DNA of 64,000 nt from an uncultured Lachnospiraceae bacterium (GTDB lineage: Bacteria; Bacillota; Clostridia; Lachnospirales; Lachnospiraceae), in the NCBI GenBank assembly GCA_946557105.1, contig CAMNSZ010000011.1, positions 17,468 through 81,467 of the forward strand, read 5' to 3'. Each line of letters begins with the position of its first letter. Position 1 is the stretch's first letter. A program made the translations under genes and the position numbers. Under the pieces are notes generated by a model. The model was not told the origin of the DNA. It did not search any database and saw only the letters and a program-made list of their open reading frames with translations. Below, piece after piece: positions 19,556-29,034 of the stretch.

Positions 19556-19735
19556 ATGTCTATTTGTCCTAAGAATAAATCTTCCAAAAGTAGAAGAGAT
19601 AAGAGAAGAGCAAACTGGAAAATGAGTGCTCCTACATTGGTAAAGTGCAGCAAATGCGGCGCACTTATGATGCCTCACAGAGTTTGTAAGGCTTGCGGTT
19701 CTTACAACAAGAAGCAGGTTGTAAGCGTTGATTAA
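19556..19735 (+). CDS. rpmF: 50S ribosomal protein L32 (59 aa, Zn-binding C+ form; below the ORF-track cutoff)
   Basis: MSICPKNKSSKSRRDKRRANWK...CSKCG...PHRVCKACGSY; AAGGAGGT RBS. Confidence 0.97.
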   Translation: MSICPKNKSSKSRRDKRRANWKMSAPTLVKCSKCGALMMPHRVCKACGSYNKKQVVSVD

Positions 19736-19762
19736 TGAGATATGGTTTCAACATGGATTATG

Positions 19763-19791
19763 GGCTTTTCCCGTTAGGGAGAAGCCTTTTT
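19763..19791 (+). terminator. Intrinsic terminator after rpmF
   Basis: GGCTTTTCCC-GTTA-GGGAGAAGCC followed by T5. Confidence 0.8.
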
Positions 19792-19893
19792 CATTCTGTA
19801 TAAAAAAATCTTGATTTTTGTCAAGGGGTTTAGTATAGTAAAGAAAGGCATAGTGGTAGGCTGCCAAAAGTGATATCTGAAAGGAAACAATCA

Positions 19894-20904
19894 ATGGCTG
19901 AAATGGTAAACGTAGCTGTAGATGCTATGGGTGGTGATAACGCTCCTTTGGAGATTGTAAAGGGAGCTATTGAGGCTATAAATGAAGACAAAAGAGTCAA
20001 GGTCTTTTTGGTAGGAAAAGAGAATGCAATTAGTGCAGAGCTGAAGAAGTACACCTTTGACGAGGCTCAGGTGGAAATCATACATGCGGAGGAAGTGATT
20101 GAGACGGCAGAACCGCCGGTCATGGCCATCCGCCGCAAAAAGGATTCCTCTATAGTAAAAAGCATGAATATGGTCAAAGAAGGAATTTGCGATGCCTTGG
20201 TGTCCGCCGGAAGCACCGGAGCGGTTTTAGTCGGCGGGCAGGTAATTGTAGGGCGTATAAAGGGCGTGGAGAGACCGCCTCTTGCCCCCCTTATTCCCAC
20301 GGAGAAGGGGGTAAGTCTTCTGTTGGACTGCGGGGCAAATGTGGATGCCCGCCCGTCGCATCTGGTTCAGTTTGCCAAAATGGGAAGCGTATATATGGAA
20401 AGCGTTATGGGAGTGAAGAATCCTAAGGTAGGCATCGTCAATATCGGCGCCGAGGAGGAGAAGGGTAACGCGCTGGTAAAGGAGACCTTTCCGCTGCTTA
20501 AGAATTGTCCGGAGATAAATTTTATCGGTAGCGTTGAGGCGCGGGATATTCCGGCAGGCGTTGCCGATGTGGTAGTCAGCGAGGCGTTTGTGGGGAACGT
20601 CATATTAAAAATGTACGAGGGTGTGGGAGCCAGTCTGATTAAAAAGGTCAAGAGCGGTATGATGAGCTCCCTGCGCAGCAAAATAGGAGCTTTCTTGGTA
20701 AAACCTGCGCTTAAGGCAACACTTAAGGGCTTTAGCACCGAGGAGTATGGCGGAGCGCCCCTGCTTGGATTAAACGGTTTAGTGGTAAAGACCCATGGAA
20801 GCAGCAAGTCCGTTGAAATTAAGAATTCTATTCTGCAATGCATTGCATTTAAAGAACAGAACATAAATGAAAAAATCAAAGAAAAAATTATTTTGGAAGA
20901 TTAA
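19894..20904 (+). CDS. plsX: Phosphate acyltransferase PlsX
   Basis: [51 protein letters not shown]. Confidence 0.97.
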   Translation: MAEMVNVAVDAMGGDNAPLEIVKGAIEAINEDKRVKVFLVGKENAISAELKKYTFDEAQVEIIHAEEVIETAEPPVMAIRRKKDSSIVKSMNMVKEGICDALVSAGSTGAVLVGGQVIVGRIKGVERPPLAPLIPTEKGVSLLLDCGANVDARPSHLVQFAKMGSVYMESVMGVKNPKVGIVNIGAEEEKGNALVKETFPLLKNCPEINFIGSVEARDIPAGVADVVVSEAFVGNVILKMYEGVGASLIKKVKSGMMSSLRSKIGAFLVKPALKATLKGFSTEEYGGAPLLGLNGLVVKTHGSSKSVEIKNSILQCIAFKEQNINEKIKEKIILED

Positions 20905-20923
20905 GAAGGAAGGAACAACAAAC

Positions 20924-21154
20924 ATGGAATTTGAAAAGTTGAAAAAAGTGATTGCGGAAGTATTGAATGTGGATCCTGAAGAGATTACAATGGAAACAAC
21001 CTTTATGGATGACCTTGGAGCCGACTCCTTAGATGTATTTCAAATTATCATGGGAATCGAAGAAGAATTTGACATTGAGATTCCGGCGGAAAAAGCAGAA
21101 AAGATAACTACCGTGGAAGAAGCGGTAGAGCTGATTAAGGCGGCGACAAACTAA
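20924..21154 (+). CDS. acpP: Acyl carrier protein
   Basis: DLGADSLD phosphopantetheine site, EEEFDIEIP. Confidence 0.97.
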   Translation: MEFEKLKKVIAEVLNVDPEEITMETTFMDDLGADSLDVFQIIMGIEEEFDIEIPAEKAEKITTVEEAVELIKAATN

Positions 21155-21166
21155 ATGCTGATTGTA

Positions 21167-21207
21167 AAGTATTCCTGAATTTTACGGTTCGGGAATACTT
21201 GTTTTTT
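21167..21207 (+). terminator. Terminator-like hairpin between acpP and rnc
   Basis: AAGTATTCCTGAA/TTCGGGAATACTT 13-bp stem followed by GTTTTTT. Confidence 0.75.
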
Positions 21208-21236
21208 ACTGTCATTACAGTGGAAGGCGAGATAAT

Positions 21237-21950
21237 ATGTTGGAAGGATATACCTTGGAATTATTGGAGGAACGAATCGGTTATCAATTTCATGATAAGG
21301 CGTTGCTAAGGCAGGCGTTGACGCACAGCTCCTTTACCAATGAGCAGAAAATAAATAAGGCGAAAAACTATGAGCGCCTGGAATTTTTAGGCGATGCGGT
21401 ACTGGAGCTTATATCCAGTGAATTTTTGTTTAAGGAGCATGAATCGGTGCCGGAGGGAGAGCTGACCAAAATGAGGGCGTCTATGGTATGTGAGCCGGCG
21501 CTGGCTTTTTGCGCAAAGGATTTGGAGCTTGGGGGGTTTATGCGTCTGGGAAGAGGCGAGGAGAGCACGGGAGGCAGGGAGCGTGACAGTATTACCTCAG
21601 ATGCCATGGAGGCTGTAATCGGCGCTATTTATCTGGATGGAGGAATGGAGTCTGCAAAAAAGTTTATCTATCGGTTTGTTTTGTCCGATCTGGAGAACAA
21701 GCAGCTTTTTTATGACAGCAAGAGTAATCTGCAGGAGCTGATACAGGGCAAGCTGAAAAAGGATTTCCACTATGAGCTTTTGGTGGAGAACGGTCCCGAA
21801 CATGACAAGAGCTTTGAGGTAGAGGTGTTTATGGAGCATGAAAGTCTGGGAAAGGGAACCGGGAGAACAAAGAAAGCAGCGGAGCAGCAAGCGGCGTATC
21901 ATGCGTTGCTGCGTTTGAGGGATAAGGGATATGTATTTAAAAAGTATTGA
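21237..21950 (+). CDS. rnc: Ribonuclease III
   Basis: NYERLEFLGDAVL signature, DAMEAVIGAIYLD, and a dsRBD ending GTGRTKKAAEQQAA. Confidence 0.98.
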   Translation: MLEGYTLELLEERIGYQFHDKALLRQALTHSSFTNEQKINKAKNYERLEFLGDAVLELISSEFLFKEHESVPEGELTKMRASMVCEPALAFCAKDLELGGFMRLGRGEESTGGRERDSITSDAMEAVIGAIYLDGGMESAKKFIYRFVLSDLENKQLFYDSKSNLQELIQGKLKKDFHYELLVENGPEHDKSFEVEVFMEHESLGKGTGRTKKAAEQQAAYHALLRLRDKGYVFKKY

Positions 21951-24900
21951 GGTACATGGTTTTAAATCGTTTGCAAATAAGATTGTCTTTCAGTTCCACA
22001 ACGGAATTACAGGGATTGTAGGACCAAACGGAAGCGGAAAGAGCAATGTTGCGGATGCAGTGCGCTGGGTGCTTGGAGAGCAGCGCATTAAGCAGCTGCG
22101 CGGTGCAAGTATGCAGGATGTCATTTTCTCGGGAACAGAGACAAGAAAGCCTTTGAGCTATGCCTATGTCGCTATTACTTTAGATAACACGGATCATCAG
22201 CTTGCCATTGATTATGAAGAGGTGACCGTGGCGCGAAGGATCTACCGCTCCGGAGAAAGTGAATATCTTATTAACGGCACGCCCTGCAGGTTAAAGGACG
22301 TTAACGAGTTGTTTTATGATACTGGTATCGGTAAGGAGGGTTACTCCATTATCGGTCAGGGTCAGATTGACAAAATTTTAAGCGGTAAACCGGAGGAGAG
22401 GCGTGAGCTTTTTGACGAAGCGGCAGGTATCGTAAAGTTTAAACGCAGGAAGGCGGCTGCACAGTCTAAGCTGGAAAATGAAAAACAGAACCTTATCCGA
22501 GTGAAGGATATTTTGACCGAGCTGGAAAAGCAGGCAGGACCCTTGGAGAAGCAGTCTGAGGTGGCTAAGATTTATCTGAAAAATAAAGAAGAGCTGAAGA
22601 CGTTGGACATCAATGTGTTTTTGTTGGAAAATAACCGCATCAGAGAGCAGCTTGGAGAGATAGAAGGAAAATATAATATAGCAGGCGGGGAGCTTAAGGA
22701 AACCTCCGAAAGGTATGAGGGAATCAAGGAGGATTACGAGCGTATACAGGGTGAAATTGAGAATCTGGATGCCGCTATTGAGGAGGCGAGAAGCAGTCTT
22801 ACGGATACGGGGTTGCTGCGCGGCAGGCTGGAGGGGGAAATCAATGTTTTGAAGGAACAGATTAATTCCGCGAAGGGCAGCGAAGCTCATCTGAGTAACC
22901 GCCGTAATACACTGCAGGAGGAGATTGAGGCAAAAAATAAGGATAAGGAAGCAATTTTGGCCGAGAAGAGAGATACCGATGAACAAGTGCAGGATATTAC
23001 CGCCGCTGCAGGTGATGTGAGAAGGAAGCTGGAGGAGCTTCAACAAAAAATAGAAGAGCTGAACAATAATATTGAATCCGGCAAAAATACCATTATCGGG
23101 GAGCTGAACCAGCGTGCTACTATTAAGTCAAAGCTGGGCAGGTATGATACCATGATGGAGCAGGTGAATATCCGAAGAGCGGAGCTGAACTCCCGGCTGC
23201 TGCGTGCAAAGTCGGACGAGGCTGCAAGGGAGGCGAATATAAAGCAGCTGGAGGAGTCGTTTGAAACCATTACAAGGCAGTTGGGTGAAATGAACGAAAA
23301 TGCCGCTGCTATGGAGCTTTCGCTGGGAGATATAAGAGAAGCGCTCATAGGCAAGGACGCTGCCCTGCGCGAGACACAGACTAAATATCATCAAGAGAAA
23401 TCCAAGTTGGATGCCCTTACTAATCTGACGGAGCGTTATGAGGGTTACGGCGGCAGCGTCAAAAGGGTAATGGAGCAAAAAGAGAAGGAAAAGGGTATTA
23501 TCGGCGTTGTTGCGGATATCATTAAGGTAGAGTCTAAATATGAAACGGCCATAGAGACGGCGCTTGGCGGCAATATCCAGAATATTGTTACGGATGATGA
23601 AAGCACGGCTAAGAAAATGATTGAGTATTTGAAAACAAACCGTCTGGGCCGCGCTACATTTTTGCCGCTTACCAGTATTACCAATCCTCAGGAATTCAAA
23701 AATCCGGAGGCGCTTGAGGAAAAAGGCGTCTTAGGTATGGCGGATGAGCTGGTACACATTGAGAAGAGATATTGCAATGTGGCAAAGGCGATGCTCGGCA
23801 GAATTATGGTAGTGGATCATGTGGACAATGCCGTGAAGATTGCGCGGAAGTTCGGCTATGGTATCCGTATGGTAACCTTGGAAGGAGAGCTTTTGGTGCC
23901 GGGCGGTGCAATCAGCGGAGGCGCCTTCAAAAACAACAGCAACTTATTAGGACGCAGGCGTGAGCTTGACGAGCTGGAGAAAAAGATAAAGAAGCTTCTC
24001 ACCGATATAGACGAGATAAACGCAGATATTGAGGAAACTAAGGGTAAGCGCAATAAAATGAGAATGGAGCTGGAGACGTTAAAAGCAGATATACAGCGCA
24101 AATCCATTGAACAAAATACGGCAAGATTAAGCATCAGTCAGGCCAGAGAGCGCATGGAGGAGGAGGCGTCCGGCGTTCAGGGCTTAAAGATGGAGGAGCA
24201 TGAACTTGAGGACAAGATTTCCGAGATAAAAAGCGGCAAAGATACGGCCGCTAAAGAATTGTCTGACAGTGAAAAACTGGAAAACGGCATACAGGAACAG
24301 ATACGGCAGTTCCAAAGGGAGCTGGAGAATCTGCGGGAGAACGAGACGGAGACTGCCGCGCAGGTAAGCGAGTGGGATTTGAAGGTGGAGAAAATGCTTC
24401 AGACCCAGACCTTTAAGCAGGCGAACGTTGATCGTATTAACGGTGAGATAGAGCACTCTCAGGCGGAATTGGAGGAAATTCTGGAGGCGCTGTCCGCAAA
24501 TAAAACTGCTGTAGAACAAAAGCGGCGAAACATTGTGGAGCTGGAAAGAACGATTATTGCTTCTCATGACGCTCAGACTCAGTCCGAGGACAAGCTGAAA
24601 GGGGATATTGAGCGCAAGGAGGAGCTGTCTGCAAGGCAGAAGAATTTCTTTACGGCGAGAGAGGAGCTTGCGGAACGCATGACGGCGCTTGATAAGGAGG
24701 TTTACCGTTTAAACGCTCAGAGGGAGAAGCTGGAGGAGTCCGTTGAGGCACAGATTAATTATATGTGGGATGAGTATGAGATTACTTTGAGCGACGCGGC
24801 GTCTCTACGGGATGAGAGCATGACGGAGCTGTCTGCGATGAAGCGTGAGATTTCTGCCTTAAAGGATCGTATAAAGAAGCTGGGAGACGTAAATGTGAAC

Positions 24901-25491
24901 GCTATTGAGGATTACAAGAATCTTATGGAGCGTTTTACGTTTATGCAAACCCAGCATGACGATTTGGTGGAGGCGGAGAAGACTCTGGAAGGAATCATTC
25001 AGGAGCTCGATACGGCGATGAGAAAGCAGTTTACGGAGAAATTTGCGGAAATAAGCCGTGAGTTTGACAAGGTATTCAAGGAATTGTTCGGAGGCGGTAA
25101 GGGAACCTTGGAATTGATTGAGGATGAGGATATATTGGAGGCGGGAATCCGTATTATTGCCCAGCCCCCGGGGAAAAAACTGCAGAATATGATGCAGCTG
25201 TCCGGAGGAGAGAAAGCATTATCCGCAATTTCCCTGCTATTTGCTATCCAGAACTTAAAACCGTCTCCGTTCTGTCTTCTTGACGAGATTGAGGCGGCTC
25301 TCGACGACTCCAATGTAGGACGTTTTGCCAAGTATTTACATAAGCTTACCAAAAGTACCCAATTTATTGTAATTACCCACAGACGAGGAACTATGGAGCA
25401 GGTGGACAGACTGTATGGAATTACCATGCAGGAGAAGGGCGTATCCACTCTTGTGAGCGTAAACTTGATTGACAAGGAGTTGGAGGATTAA
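21931..25491 (+). CDS. smc: Chromosome segregation protein SMC
   Basis: GPNGSGKSN Walker A, coiled coils, hinge GRATFLPL, LSGGE signature, LLDEIEAALD. Confidence 0.99.
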   Translation: MYLKSIEVHGFKSFANKIVFQFHNGITGIVGPNGSGKSNVADAVRWVLGEQRIKQLRGASMQDVIFSGTETRKPLSYAYVAITLDNTDHQLAIDYEEVTVARRIYRSGESEYLINGTPCRLKDVNELFYDTGIGKEGYSIIGQGQIDKILSGKPEERRELFDEAAGIVKFKRRKAAAQSKLENEKQNLIRVKDILTELEKQAGPLEKQSEVAKIYLKNKEELKTLDINVFLLENNRIREQLGEIEGKYNIAGGELKETSERYEGIKEDYERIQGEIENLDAAIEEARSSLTDTGLLRGRLEGEINVLKEQINSAKGSEAHLSNRRNTLQEEIEAKNKDKEAILAEKRDTDEQVQDITAAAGDVRRKLEELQQKIEELNNNIESGKNTIIGELNQRATIKSKLGRYDTMMEQVNIRRAELNSRLLRAKSDEAAREANIKQLEESFETITRQLGEMNENAAAMELSLGDIREALIGKDAALRETQTKYHQEKSKLDALTNLTERYEGYGGSVKRVMEQKEKEKGIIGVVADIIKVESKYETAIETALGGNIQNIVTDDESTAKKMIEYLKTNRLGRATFLPLTSITNPQEFKNPEALEEKGVLGMADELVHIEKRYCNVAKAMLGRIMVVDHVDNAVKIARKFGYGIRMVTLEGELLVPGGAISGGAFKNNSNLLGRRRELDELEKKIKKLLTDIDEINADIEETKGKRNKMRMELETLKADIQRKSIEQNTARLSISQARERMEEEASGVQGLKMEEHELEDKISEIKSGKDTAAKELSDSEKLENGIQEQIRQFQRELENLRENETETAAQVSEWDLKVEKMLQTQTFKQANVDRINGEIEHSQAELEEILEALSANKTAVEQKRRNIVELERTIIASHDAQTQSEDKLKGDIERKEELSARQKNFFTAREELAERMTALDKEVYRLNAQREKLEESVEAQINYMWDEYEITLSDAASLRDESMTELSAMKREISALKDRIKKLGDVNVNAIEDYKNLMERFTFMQTQHDDLVEAEKTLEGIIQELDTAMRKQFTEKFAEISREFDKVFKELFGGGKGTLELIEDEDILEAGIRIIAQPPGKKLQNMMQLSGGEKALSAISLLFAIQNLKPSPFCLLDEIEAALDDSNVGRFAKYLHKLTKSTQFIVITHRRGTMEQVDRLYGITMQEKGVSTLVSVNLIDKELED

Positions 25492-25548
25492 GTAAGCAGC
25501 CTTGCAGCAGGCTAAGGCTGTAATAATGACAGAGATAGGAGGATGTGC

Positions 25549-26520
25549 ATGACCGAGGAAAAGAAAGGTTTTTTTGCCCGTCTCAGGGAAGGTCTTTCCA
25601 AGACGAGGGCTAATATCGTAGGGGGTATTGAGTCCGTATTCAGCGGATTTTCCGCCATAGACGAAGATTTTTACGAGGAGCTGGAGGAAATCCTTATTAT
25701 GGGTGATATCGGGGTGAACGCCACCACGCAAATCGTAGAACGGCTGAAGAAGCAAGTGAAGGAGCTGCATATCAAGGAGCCTTCCCGGTGTAAGCAGCTT
25801 TTGGTGGACAGTATCAAGGATCAGATGAAGGTGGAGGAGACTGCCTATGATTTTGAGAAGAAGCAGTCCGTGATTATGGTAATCGGTGTAAACGGCGTGG
25901 GAAAGACCACGTCCGTAGGAAAGCTTGCGGGAAAGCTTAAAGATGGGGGAAGAAAGGTTTTGATTGCGGCGGCGGACACCTTTCGTGCCGCAGCAGGCGA
26001 CCAGCTGGCGGAATGGGCGAGGCGCGCAGACGTTCCCATGATCGGGGGAAATGAGGGCGCGGACCCGGCGAGCGTAGTGTTTGACGCGGTGAACGCGGCA
26101 AGGGCAAGAAACGTGGACGTGCTTTTAATCGACACGGCGGGGCGTCTTCACAACAAAAAAAATCTTATGGAGGAGCTGCGTAAAATGAACCGCATCATCG
26201 ACAGGGAATTTCCGGACGCGCACAGGGAAAATCTGATTGTTTTGGACGCAACCACGGGACAAAATGCTTTGGTTCAGGCCAGAGAATTCGGAGAAGTGGC
26301 GAATCTTACGGGTATTGTGCTCACGAAAATGGACGGCACGGCAAAGGGAGGGATTGCGGTAGCAATTCAGTCGGAGCTTAATGTTCCCGTGAAATATATC
26401 GGTGTAGGCGAGACAATAGAGGATTTGCAGAAATTCAATCCCGACGAATTTGTAAACGCACTGTTTGATGTGAATGACGGAAAGGAAGGAAATACAAATG
26501 TTGACACTGGACAGATTTGA
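25549..26520 (+). CDS. ftsY: SRP receptor FtsY (short form)
   Basis: GVNGVGKTT, DTFRAAA, DTAGR, TKMDGTAKGG; AGGAGG RBS before ATG 25549. Confidence 0.97.
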   Translation: MTEEKKGFFARLREGLSKTRANIVGGIESVFSGFSAIDEDFYEELEEILIMGDIGVNATTQIVERLKKQVKELHIKEPSRCKQLLVDSIKDQMKVEETAYDFEKKQSVIMVIGVNGVGKTTSVGKLAGKLKDGGRKVLIAAADTFRAAAGDQLAEWARRADVPMIGGNEGADPASVVFDAVNAARARNVDVLLIDTAGRLHNKKNLMEELRKMNRIIDREFPDAHRENLIVLDATTGQNALVQAREFGEVANLTGIVLTKMDGTAKGGIAVAIQSELNVPVKYIGVGETIEDLQKFNPDEFVNALFDVNDGKEGNTNVDTGQI

Positions 26521-27709
26521 AGAAGCATGCGAGGTAGTGCAGAAGGTAACCTCGGAAACGAAACTGGTATATAGTGATTATTTTAGCGCGCAGACAGGCA
26601 ACAGAGTTTATTTAAAGCCTGAGAACATGCAGTTTACCGGTGCTTATAAATTAAGGGGGGCTTATTATAAAATGAGCACCCTAAGCGATGCGGAAAGGGC
26701 AAAGGGAATTATTACGGCGTCTGCAGGTAATCATGCGCAGGGCGTTGCCTATGCGGCAAAGTGCTACGGCAGCAAGGCTGTTATTGTTATGCCTACAACC
26801 ACGCCGCTTATGAAGGTCAACCGCACCAAGAGCTATGGAGCGGAGGTGGTTTTGCACGGAGATGTGTATGACGAGGCATGTACAAAAGCGTACGAGCTTG
26901 CCGAGGAGTACGGCTATACTTTTATTCATCCCTTTGACGATTTGACGGTTGCCACGGGGCAGGGAACCATTGCCATGGAGATTTTCAAGGAGCTGCCTTT
27001 AGTGGATTACATACTGGTACCTATCGGCGGCGGCGGGCTTGCCACAGGCGTGTCGACTCTTGCCAAGCTTTTGAATCCGAAAATTCGGGTGATAGGAGTG
27101 GAGCCGGCAGGGGCAAACTGTATGCAGGAGTCTTTAAAGGAGGGCAAGGTAACTACTCTTCCCGGAGTGAATACTATTGCGGACGGCACCGCGGTGAAGA
27201 CGCCCGGAAGTAAGCTTTTTCCGTATATTCAGGAAAATTTAGACGATATTATCACGGTAGAGGACGAGGAGCTTGTGGTTGCATTCCTTGATATGGTGGA
27301 GAATCACAAGATGGTGGTGGAGAACTCAGGACTTTTGTCAGTGGCGGCTCTGAAGCATTTGGAAGCTAAGGATAAGAGAGTGGTATCCATTTTGAGCGGA
27401 GGCAACATGGATGTGATTACTATGTCCTCTGTGGTACAGCAGGGATTGATTTTCAGAGACAGAATTTTCACGGTGTCCGTGCTGCTTCCCGATAAGCCCG
27501 GAGAGCTGAGCCGAGTGTCCGCAGTCATAGCAGGCGTGAGCGGTAACGTTATCAAGCTGGAGCATAATCAGTTTGTATCTATCAACAGGAACGCCGCCGT
27601 GGAGCTGCGCATTACCTTGGAGGCGTTCGGTTCGGAGCATAAAAAACAGATTATGGAGGCTTTGGAAAGAGAGGGCTACAAGCCTAAGCTTGTGCGCACC
27701 AACATTTAA
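26498..27709 (+). CDS. ilvA: Threonine ammonia-lyase with a single C-terminal ACT domain
   Basis: KPENMQFTGAYKLRGA PLP motif, SAGNHAQG, PIGGGGL, SGGN, and ACT motif PDKPGEL. Confidence 0.9.
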   Translation: MLTLDRFEEACEVVQKVTSETKLVYSDYFSAQTGNRVYLKPENMQFTGAYKLRGAYYKMSTLSDAERAKGIITASAGNHAQGVAYAAKCYGSKAVIVMPTTTPLMKVNRTKSYGAEVVLHGDVYDEACTKAYELAEEYGYTFIHPFDDLTVATGQGTIAMEIFKELPLVDYILVPIGGGGLATGVSTLAKLLNPKIRVIGVEPAGANCMQESLKEGKVTTLPGVNTIADGTAVKTPGSKLFPYIQENLDDIITVEDEELVVAFLDMVENHKMVVENSGLLSVAALKHLEAKDKRVVSILSGGNMDVITMSSVVQQGLIFRDRIFTVSVLLPDKPGELSRVSAVIAGVSGNVIKLEHNQFVSINRNAAVELRITLEAFGSEHKKQIMEALEREGYKPKLVRTNI

Positions 27710-27823
27710 AAAGAATAATGTTTCCCCAAACCCCGCATACTTTATATGTGGGGTTTTAATTACAGACGCCACTGTAAGTCAGCTAACGCTTGCGCGTTAC
27801 CGAATGCGGAGGAAAGAAACATA

Positions 27824-28726
27824 ATGGCTAAGGCGGAAAAAGAAATTGCAATGCAGGTTCGGGAGAAAAAGTCTGTAAAGCGGAGAATTTGGGATTACGG
27901 AGTTATGACTCTTGCGGTGGTGATCTATTCGGCGGGAATCAGTTTGTTTTTGGATCCGAATGCGCTTGCGCCGGGAGGCGTTACCGGCATTGCAATTATT
28001 TTAAACAAGGTGTTTGGAATAGAAACCGGTACTTTAATTTTATTGCTGAACATACCTATATTTATATTGGGAATTTGGAAGTTTGGTTTTCGCTTTATTT
28101 TGTCTACGGTATATTGTACGGTTTTGGTATCTATTGTAACCAATATTATGGCGGGTCTTCGACCGGCAACAAACGACCCTTTTCTTGCTGCCTTGGCGGG
28201 AAGCTCTTTGGTTGCGGCAGGCTTGGGGTGGGTTTTTAAGGCGGGGGGAACCACGGGGGGGATGGATATTGTCTTTAAGGTATTGCGTCTGAAAATTCCG
28301 TATCTGAAGACCAGTTCATTGTATTTGATAGGCGACGCCATTGTGGTGGGGATTTCCGTTTTTGCTCTTAGAGATGTAGATAAGGCGCTATATGCATGTA
28401 TGGCGGTATTTGTAGCCTCCTTTGTGCTTGATCTGGTGTTGTACGGGCGTGACGAGGCAAAGCTTATTTATATTATCAGCGATCGCTCCCAGACTATCGG
28501 AGAACGTATTTTAAAAGAGCTTAATATCGGAGTAACTTATATAAAGGGCAGGGGCGCCTATAGCGGTAAGGAAAAAAATGTGATTCTGTGCGTAATGAAA
28601 AAACAGCTTTATCCTAAGGCGGAGGGAATCATAAGAGCGGAGGACCCGGCTGCTTTTATGATTGTGACCAGCGCCAATGAAATATACGGGGAGGGGTATA
28701 AGAGCTATTTCAGTGAAAAACTATAG
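27824..28726 (+). CDS. YitT family membrane protein (DUF2179 C-terminus)
   Basis: LAPGGVTGIAI, LNIPIF, GGTTGGMD, GVTYIKGRGAYS, DPAAFMIV. Confidence 0.9.
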   Translation: MAKAEKEIAMQVREKKSVKRRIWDYGVMTLAVVIYSAGISLFLDPNALAPGGVTGIAIILNKVFGIETGTLILLLNIPIFILGIWKFGFRFILSTVYCTVLVSIVTNIMAGLRPATNDPFLAALAGSSLVAAGLGWVFKAGGTTGGMDIVFKVLRLKIPYLKTSSLYLIGDAIVVGISVFALRDVDKALYACMAVFVASFVLDLVLYGRDEAKLIYIISDRSQTIGERILKELNIGVTYIKGRGAYSGKEKNVILCVMKKQLYPKAEGIIRAEDPAAFMIVTSANEIYGEGYKSYFSEKL

Positions 28727-28774
28727 AAGCGGTGGGAGCCGACAAAGAAGTCTAAAAAATATTATGAAATAACG

Positions 28775-28807
28775 AAAAAAGAGTTCTGAAAAACAGAACT
28801 CTTTTTT
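28775..28807. terminator. Bidirectional-type intrinsic terminator
   Basis: AAAAAAGAGTTCTG-AAAAA-CAGAACTCTTTTTT perfect inverted repeat. Confidence 0.85.
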
Positions 28808-28916
28808 GAATTGCATTGCATTAATTACTATAGCACATTATGAAATAAAAGTCTAGTAATATTTTAAAAATTTTGTATACTGTGTGTAGCGGTTCCAAGA
28901 TAGGGAAATGTCAGGG

Positions 28917-28964
28917 AACAAATTTGAAGATAAACAAATTTGAAGATAAACAAATTTGAAAATA
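28917..28964 (+). repeat. Tandem repeat, 3 x 16 bp (AACAAATTTGAAGATA)
   Basis: Two exact copies at 28917 and 28933, and a third with one mismatch at 28949; no spacers. Confidence 0.9.
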
Positions 28965-29034
28965 CTTGTGTGGTATTGGCAATTGGTTTATAAAGGGCAG
29001 TGTGCCGGATAAGGCACAGAGAGGAGCGCAGGGC

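Noticed and set aside
26498-26520. 23-nt ftsY/ilvA overlap (and 20-nt rnc/smc overlap) as a possible frameshift or fusion
   Set aside because: Both genes are complete and in different frames with their own starts; this is ordinary translational coupling.
28917-28964. Repeat considered as a mini CRISPR array
   Set aside because: The units are 16 bp, head-to-tail with no spacers, and no cas genes are present.
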